Source: an uncultured Verrucomicrobiae bacterium
GTDB taxonomy: Bacteria > Verrucomicrobiota > Verrucomicrobiia > Limisphaerales > Palsa-1400
DNA length: 64,000 nt
Assembly: GCA_963707025.1 (NCBI GenBank)
Contig: CAVPOM010000004.1
Coordinates: 832,001 to 896,000 of the forward strand
Direction: 5' to 3'
Shown: piece by piece, positions 59,097 through 64,000 of the stretch
How the letters are laid out: the number at the start of each line of letters is the position of its first letter
Numbering within the stretch: the first letter of the stretch is position 1
Made by a program: the position numbers and the translations under genes
Notes under the pieces: generated by a model
Seen by the model: only the letters and a program-made list of their open reading frames with translations
Told to the model about the DNA's origin: nothing
Database searches by the model: none

Positions 59097-61382
59097 CTAT
59101 TTAAACCCCAGCAGGTGGCCGCCCTGGAAAGCCACGAAGGCCAGGACCCACGCCAGCACACCCATATAGACCCACTGAAACAAGGGCCACTTCCAGGAGT
59201 TGGTTTCGCGCCGCACCACCGCCACGGTGCTGACGCATTGCAAGGCCAGCACATAGAAAACCATCAGGGTGATGGCCGTCAGCGAGGTGTAAACCGGCGA
59301 GCCGTCCGGCCGCTTTTGTTCCTGCAAAACCTTTTGCAGTTTGGCCTTTTGCGCCGCCTCGTTCTCGTCCTTGTGATCGGCCACGCTATAGACAATGGAC
59401 ATGGTGCTGACAAACACCTCCCGCGCCGCAAACGACGATAAAATGCCGACGCCCATTTTCCAGTCAAAACCCAGCGGCGCAATCGCCGGCTCCAGCAGGC
59501 GTCCGGCATATCCGGCGAAGCTGTTCTGCAGGCCGGCGCTGTCTTCGTCCGCGTTCAACTGCTCCAAGGCGTTGGTCTGCTCGCGGGTCCAGGGTTGCAG
59601 GGCGAAGCTGTTGGTCAGCGCCGCCCGCCGGGCGTCGAAATCGCGGGTGAGCTGGGGATGTTTGGGATAAAAGGCCAGGAACCAGAGCAGGATGTTGATG
59701 CCCAGAATGACGGTTCCCGCCTTGCGCAGAAACAACCTGGCCCGGTCCCAGGTATGGCGGAGAACGTCCTTGAGCACGGGCCGGCGATAGGGCGGCAACT
59801 CCATCACCAGCATGGGCGTTTCCCCTTTGAGGAGCGTCTTCTTGAAAAGCCAGGCCATCCCCAGCGCCACCCCGATGCCCAGCAGATACATGCTCAACAT
59901 GGTCAAGCTTTGCATCCACACTCCGCCGGTGATGCACGCCCCGATGAGGAGGGTGTAAACCGGCAGCCGGGCCGAGCAACTCATCAGCGGCGCCACCAGA
60001 ATCGTCACCAGCCGGTCCTTGGGCGATTCAATCGTGCGGGTGGCCATGATGCCCGGAATGGCGCAGGCGAAGGAACTGAGCATGGGGATGAAACTCTTGC
60101 CGTGCAGCCCCACCCGGCTCATCAGCCGGTCCATCAAAAACGCCGCCCGCGCCATGTAGCCGGTGTCCTCCAGCAACCCGATAAACAGGAACAACAAACA
60201 AATCTGCGGCAGAAAAACCACGACCGCGCCCACCCCGCCCACCACGCCGGTTTCCAGCAGCGAGCGGAAAGCCCCTTGCGCCATCCAGTTGTGAACCCAG
60301 CCCTTGGTCAATCCAAACAGCCCATCCAACAGATTCATCGGCCATTTGGCCAGGGTGAAGATGCTCAAAAACATCAGGGCCATCACCGCGATAAAAATCA
60401 GCATCCCCCAAAACTTGTGCGTGACAACGCGGTCCAGCCGGTCGCTCACCGTTTCCGAAGCAACGCGGGTCTGCGTCACCACGCTGCGTTGCAGCTCCGC
60501 CAACCGGGCGTAGCGCGCTTCGATCGCGCCGCTGCGCCAGTCCACCCCGGCCTGCTCGAGGCGTTGCCGCGCCGCCGCCGCCGCCGCCCGCACCTCGGCG
60601 GGATAAGCCGCGCCGCCGCCAGCTAGAAACTTTTCGTCCGACACGATGAGCAGCGCCTCCGCCCGGGCCGACGCGGGCCGCTGCCGCAAGGCCGGCAACT
60701 GCGCCAGCGCCTCCACTTCCCCGGCCAGGGCCGGGGGCAGGTTGCAAAAAGTCTTTGCGCTGGCGCGCTTTTCCTTTCCCCGCACCATGGCCACAATTTT
60801 CTCCCGGGTCTGCGGCACCCCGGTTCCGCTGCTCGCCACCGTCGGAATCACCGGCACGCCCAGGGCGGCGGCCAGCCTGGCCGTGTCAATGGTTTGCCCG
60901 TTCTGTTCGGCCACATCCACCATGTTCAAAGCGATCAGAGTGGGATAGCCCAGTTCGATGACTTGGGTGGCGAAATAAAGATTCCTTTCCAAGTTGGAGG
61001 CATCCACCACCACTATGACCATGGCCGGGGCCGGCACCTCGGCCAGGCGGTGCAAGAGAATGTCGCGGCAGATTTGTTCATCCAACGATTGCGGGCTGAG
61101 ACTGTAAGTGCCGGGCAAATCGAGCATCGTGACCGGCAGTTCGGCCGGCCCGCCCGCCAGCCGCCCTTCCTTTCGTTCCACCGTCACCCCGGCGTAATTG
61201 CCCACCCGCGCCCGCAACCCCGTCAAGGCGTTGAACAAGGTGGTCTTGCCCGAATTGGGATTGCCGCATAAAACCACAAACAACGGCGGATGGCGGACGG
61301 CGGAAGGCGGATGGATGGAAGGCCGGACGTCGGTGTGGACGTTCGGATCAGTTGGCAAGACTGCGTTCTGCGGCGTTTCCAT
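59097..61382 (-). CDS. feoB: Ferrous iron transport protein B
   Basis: GNPNSGKTT, GNYAGVTVE, DLPG, NMVD, gate motifs LEDTGYMARAAFLMD and MSCSARLPVY; ATG at 61382. Confidence 0.96.
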   Translation of the reverse strand: METPQNAVLPTDPNVHTDVRPSIHPPSAVRHPPLFVVLCGNPNSGKTTLFNALTGLRARVGNYAGVTVERKEGRLAGGPAELPVTMLDLPGTYSLSPQSLDEQICRDILLHRLAEVPAPAMVIVVVDASNLERNLYFATQVIELGYPTLIALNMVDVAEQNGQTIDTARLAAALGVPVIPTVASSGTGVPQTREKIVAMVRGKEKRASAKTFCNLPPALAGEVEALAQLPALRQRPASARAEALLIVSDEKFLAGGGAAYPAEVRAAAAAARQRLEQAGVDWRSGAIEARYARLAELQRSVVTQTRVASETVSDRLDRVVTHKFWGMLIFIAVMALMFLSIFTLAKWPMNLLDGLFGLTKGWVHNWMAQGAFRSLLETGVVGGVGAVVVFLPQICLLFLFIGLLEDTGYMARAAFLMDRLMSRVGLHGKSFIPMLSSFACAIPGIMATRTIESPKDRLVTILVAPLMSCSARLPVYTLLIGACITGGVWMQSLTMLSMYLLGIGVALGMAWLFKKTLLKGETPMLVMELPPYRRPVLKDVLRHTWDRARLFLRKAGTVILGINILLWFLAFYPKHPQLTRDFDARRAALTNSFALQPWTREQTNALEQLNADEDSAGLQNSFAGYAGRLLEPAIAPLGFDWKMGVGILSSFAAREVFVSTMSIVYSVADHKDENEAAQKAKLQKVLQEQKRPDGSPVYTSLTAITLMVFYVLALQCVSTVAVVRRETNSWKWPLFQWVYMGVLAWVLAFVAFQGGHLLGFK

Positions 61383-61401
61383 CAAGTCAGATAATTCTTT
61401 A

Positions 61402-61432
61402 AATCCGCAATCCGCAATGCGCAATCCGCAAT
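61402..61432. repeat. Heptamer tandem repeat (AATCCGC)x4
   Basis: AATCCGC AATCCGC AATGCGC AATCCGC AAT, between feoA and feoB. Confidence 0.7.
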
Positions 61433-61451
61433 TGAGTTTGCCGCAATTCGT

Positions 61452-61691
61452 TCACCCGGCCTGCACCAGAATCTGCTCGGCATCATGGCGCCGCAGGGTC
61501 AAATGATACCCACGCACCTTGATTTCCACCGGATCGCCCAGCGGGGCGAAGCGCACCAGTTGGAGGGCCGTGCCCGCGACCAGGCCCATTTCCAAGAGGC
61601 GTCCCCGATGTTCGGGCGGCAATTTGATTTCGCTGATCGTGCCGCTTCCGCCGATGTGGAGGGAAGTCAGCGGTTGACTGGAGGCAGGCAT
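61452..61691 (-). CDS. feoA: Ferrous iron transport protein A
   Basis: RLLEMGLVAG...RFAPLGDPVEIKVRGYHLTLRR..A..I.V. Confidence 0.92.
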   Translation of the reverse strand: MPASSQPLTSLHIGGSGTISEIKLPPEHRGRLLEMGLVAGTALQLVRFAPLGDPVEIKVRGYHLTLRRHDAEQILVQAG

Positions 61692-61692
61692 A

Positions 61693-61986
61693 TCAGGCGA
61701 CTTTTTTCCGGGGGATCTGCTCGACCAGGATTCGTTCGGCCAACCGCTGGCTGATGCCCAGGCGGGCATTGCAGACCTGGCATATCAGGCTGGTTTGGCG
61801 GCTGAGGAGTTTGATCTTTTGTTCTTCGCAGAAGCCCATTTCGCGCAGGCGATGGGTCACCTCGGCCGGGGCGGAAAGCTGTTTAATGCGCACGTCCACT
61901 CCCGTCCGCACGCGGCTGAGCGGACACAAGAACGGCTGGGAACACTGCTCCTCAGCCGCGTCGTTGGGGCGATGCGATTCGTTCAT
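61693..61986 (-). CDS. feoA: Second FeoA-family protein
   Basis: RLREMGF...ICQVCNARLGIS..LA..ILVE; directly upstream of feoA-feoB. Confidence 0.8.
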   Translation of the reverse strand: MNESHRPNDAAEEQCSQPFLCPLSRVRTGVDVRIKQLSAPAEVTHRLREMGFCEEQKIKLLSRQTSLICQVCNARLGISQRLAERILVEQIPRKKVA

Positions 61987-62067
61987 CCTGCCATAGTAGG
62001 CCAACCCGCCCCCGCTGGCAAGAGACGATTCCAATCCGCAGGGTCCTGATTTGCTGTAGGGTCAAAA

Positions 62068-62164
62068 GGTAGGGCGGGCAGTCCCCTGCCCGCCGCACGA
62101 CGGGACTGTCACGTTGATGACTCTGCCAATGCCGGACGGCGGGCAGAGGACTGCCCGCCCTACC
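62068..62164. repeat. GTAG-family REP doublet (REPIN-like)
   Basis: GGTAGGGCGGGCAGTCCCCTGCCCGCCG and an inverted copy at 62137-62164 (27/28 match); each copy is internally palindromic. Confidence 0.8.
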
Positions 62165-62196
62165 ACCCACGACTGGCGCGTTGCCGCCGATGTTCT

Positions 62197-64000
62197 TCAG
62201 TATTGGACCGCGATTTCGCGTGGCACAACGTCGTTCTGGAAATGAATCCAAAGCAACTGCTCTTTGGCGGAGTAGGCAAAGGTCGTCAACGGTTTCCCAT
62301 CCAAACTCACGCCACGGGGAGCCTGGGTGGATTCCAAAAGCAGGATGGCCGGCGTGTCACCCACCCCTTCGACCGTAAAACTGATTTGATGGCGTGTTTG
62401 CCCTTTGGCCACCGCCTTGCAGGCGGAGGCGAGCAAATGCGGCCTGCCGGTGCGGGCCGCGGCCAAGTCGAGCAAAAACCAGCGCGTGCCAGGATTGATG
62501 GCAATATCGTTTTGGACGCGCAGTTCGGAATCAAAGAGATTGACGAACCGTCCATGCAGTGTGCGCGGCCGGCCTCCAATGGATTCATCCAGCCCGGCCG
62601 CGACGAGCCAGGGGCCGCGGCGGAGCAGAAGATAATTTGAATTGCGCCACTTCAGGCCGATGCTCGTGGCGGCCAGTTCGGTCGCCGCCAAGACTTGAGC
62701 CGCGCCCTGCGCGCTGGCCGCAAAGGCGGCGGGCCGTTCCCGCCGCCAGATCAAACCGCCCCGGTTAATGCGAATGAATTGGTTGGCCGCAACGGATTTT
62801 CCAACTCCCAGCAGTTCGAAAAGATGTTCGCGCGGCGTGGCGTAATTATTTGCGGCGCTGTTCCACCATTCACGAATGTTGAGATAGGGATCGGCGTCCT
62901 GGTCGCAAAAAATGAGCACTCCGCCGCGTTTGACCCAGGCCGCCAGCGGCGCGTGAACTTCGGGCGACAAGGGCTTTTGTCCATCATAGCTCAACAGCAG
63001 GATGCGGCAGTTATCCAAATAATGAGGCACGGTGACGTTTTCGAGCTGGACGGGCGTGACGGGCAAGCCTTGTTTGAGCAGGGGCAGGGCCAAACCATAA
63101 ACGTTGCCCAGATCGGGATCGCTCGGCGTCGGTCCGCCGCGCTGGAACATAAGCGAGTCGCTGACCAGCACCCCGACGCCGGCCGTGCCGCAATCCCATT
63201 CCACGCGCGCTTGCTTCATGTCGTTGAGCGCGTTGAAGACCGTCTGCAATTCGGCGGCATAGGCCGGTGGGATGGGTTGGCGGTCGGCGGGCCTGGCCGA
63301 GCGGGGATAGCGGCCGCCAAAAACCCGTTCCGGCCAGGGGGCGACTTCGAATTTCGCCACCTCCGGCTGGAACAAGGAAGCCGTCAGGGTGGATTCCCAA
63401 TTGGTGCGATAATCGGTCCAGTCGTGATTGGCGTTGTCTTCAATCGGATCATTCAGATACCAGACGGAGCGTCCCGTGGCGCGGACCAGATTTTGCATGG
63501 CGCCGTATTCCAGGAAGGCGGTCTCAAAAGTGCGCGAACGCGCCAGGCCGGCAAAGCGATTGGGGGTGCGGGAGGTGCCGGTCCAAACTTGGGCGATGTA
63601 GCCATCGCACCCCTGGAGTTGGGCGAGGCTGGATTCCGGGCTGACAATGCGCCACTGGGCGTAATTGAGCAAACTGTGGGTCGGCACGTAGCAATGGACA
63701 TGGCGGCCGGTGCGTTGATTGTAAAGCTGGACGTAATCGAAGACCTGTTGCAGGGCGCGGCGATAGAGGAAATACTTCAGTTTGGAGGAGCGCCAATGGG
63801 CATCCACCGAACTGTCCGGCGGCTGCCATTCCTCGTGGTAATAATTGCGCCATTCGCGCTTGAAACCTTCCGAGTAACCGGCGCGATCCCAGAACTCCGG
63901 TTCCTCCAAGTGAATCGCCTCCGCCCCGGCATCCAGCGCGCGCTGCACGCCGACGCAAAGGAATTTGCCGTAGTTCTCGCCGGGCGACATATAATAGACA
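62197..64000 (-). CDS. Hypothetical glycoside-hydrolase-like protein with a beta-galactosidase trimerisation-like domain; 5' end outside the window
   Basis: Frame is open to the window edge. AIHLEEPEFW, YLNDPIED and ILLLSY...LAAWVKRGGVLIF segments. Confidence 0.6.
   Translation of the reverse strand, partial: VYYMSPGENYGKFLCVGVQRALDAGAEAIHLEEPEFWDRAGYSEGFKREWRNYYHEEWQPPDSSVDAHWRSSKLKYFLYRRALQQVFDYVQLYNQRTGRHVHCYVPTHSLLNYAQWRIVSPESSLAQLQGCDGYIAQVWTGTSRTPNRFAGLARSRTFETAFLEYGAMQNLVRATGRSVWYLNDPIEDNANHDWTDYRTNWESTLTASLFQPEVAKFEVAPWPERVFGGRYPRSARPADRQPIPPAYAAELQTVFNALNDMKQARVEWDCGTAGVGVLVSDSLMFQRGGPTPSDPDLGNVYGLALPLLKQGLPVTPVQLENVTVPHYLDNCRILLLSYDGQKPLSPEVHAPLAAWVKRGGVLIFCDQDADPYLNIREWWNSAANNYATPREHLFELLGVGKSVAANQFIRINRGGLIWRRERPAAFAASAQGAAQVLAATELAATSIGLKWRNSNYLLLRRGPWLVAAGLDESIGGRPRTLHGRFVNLFDSELRVQNDIAINPGTRWFLLDLAAARTGRPHLLASACKAVAKGQTRHQISFTVEGVGDTPAILLLESTQAPRGVSLDGKPLTTFAYSAKEQLLWIHFQNDVVPREIAVQY

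Overview
GC-rich bacterial chromosomal window, probably Verrucomicrobiota of the Pedosphaera/Limisphaerales type. That assignment is inferred from the mcsA-mcsB-clpC block, the hopanoid radical SAM genes, giant secreted proteins ending in F(Y/F)RL and the style of the intergenic repeats. Housekeeping and accessory genes: sensor kinase, CBS protein, clpC/mcsB/mcsA, ilvE, an ABC exporter with a TPR-like protein, a GH20-GH29 fusion, dprA, AmmeMemoRadiSam genes, YbhB, an ECF sigma factor, hisB, trxB, an M3 oligoendopeptidase, a PIN toxin pair, a prolyl oligopeptidase, hpnJ/hpnH, an IS630 element and feoAAB. The standout is a tightly coupled five-gene nucleotide-modification operon at 14781-19576. 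It encodes a thymidylate-synthase-like enzyme with the cytosine-specifying Asp, a B12-binding radical SAM enzyme, a dTMP/CMPK2-like kinase, a Ham1-HIT fusion with altered specificity motifs and a SAM methyltransferase. Immediately downstream is a divergent, C-terminally truncated pyruvate-kinase-like gene coupled to VTC-DUF4956, followed by two giant CotH-kinase proteins. Several genes are frameshifted, with dense clusters at about 28.5-34.4 kb and 54.4-57.0 kb, most likely from sequencing or assembly indels. I saw no rRNA, tRNA or CRISPR array. All family calls come from motif recognition by eye; no database search was run.
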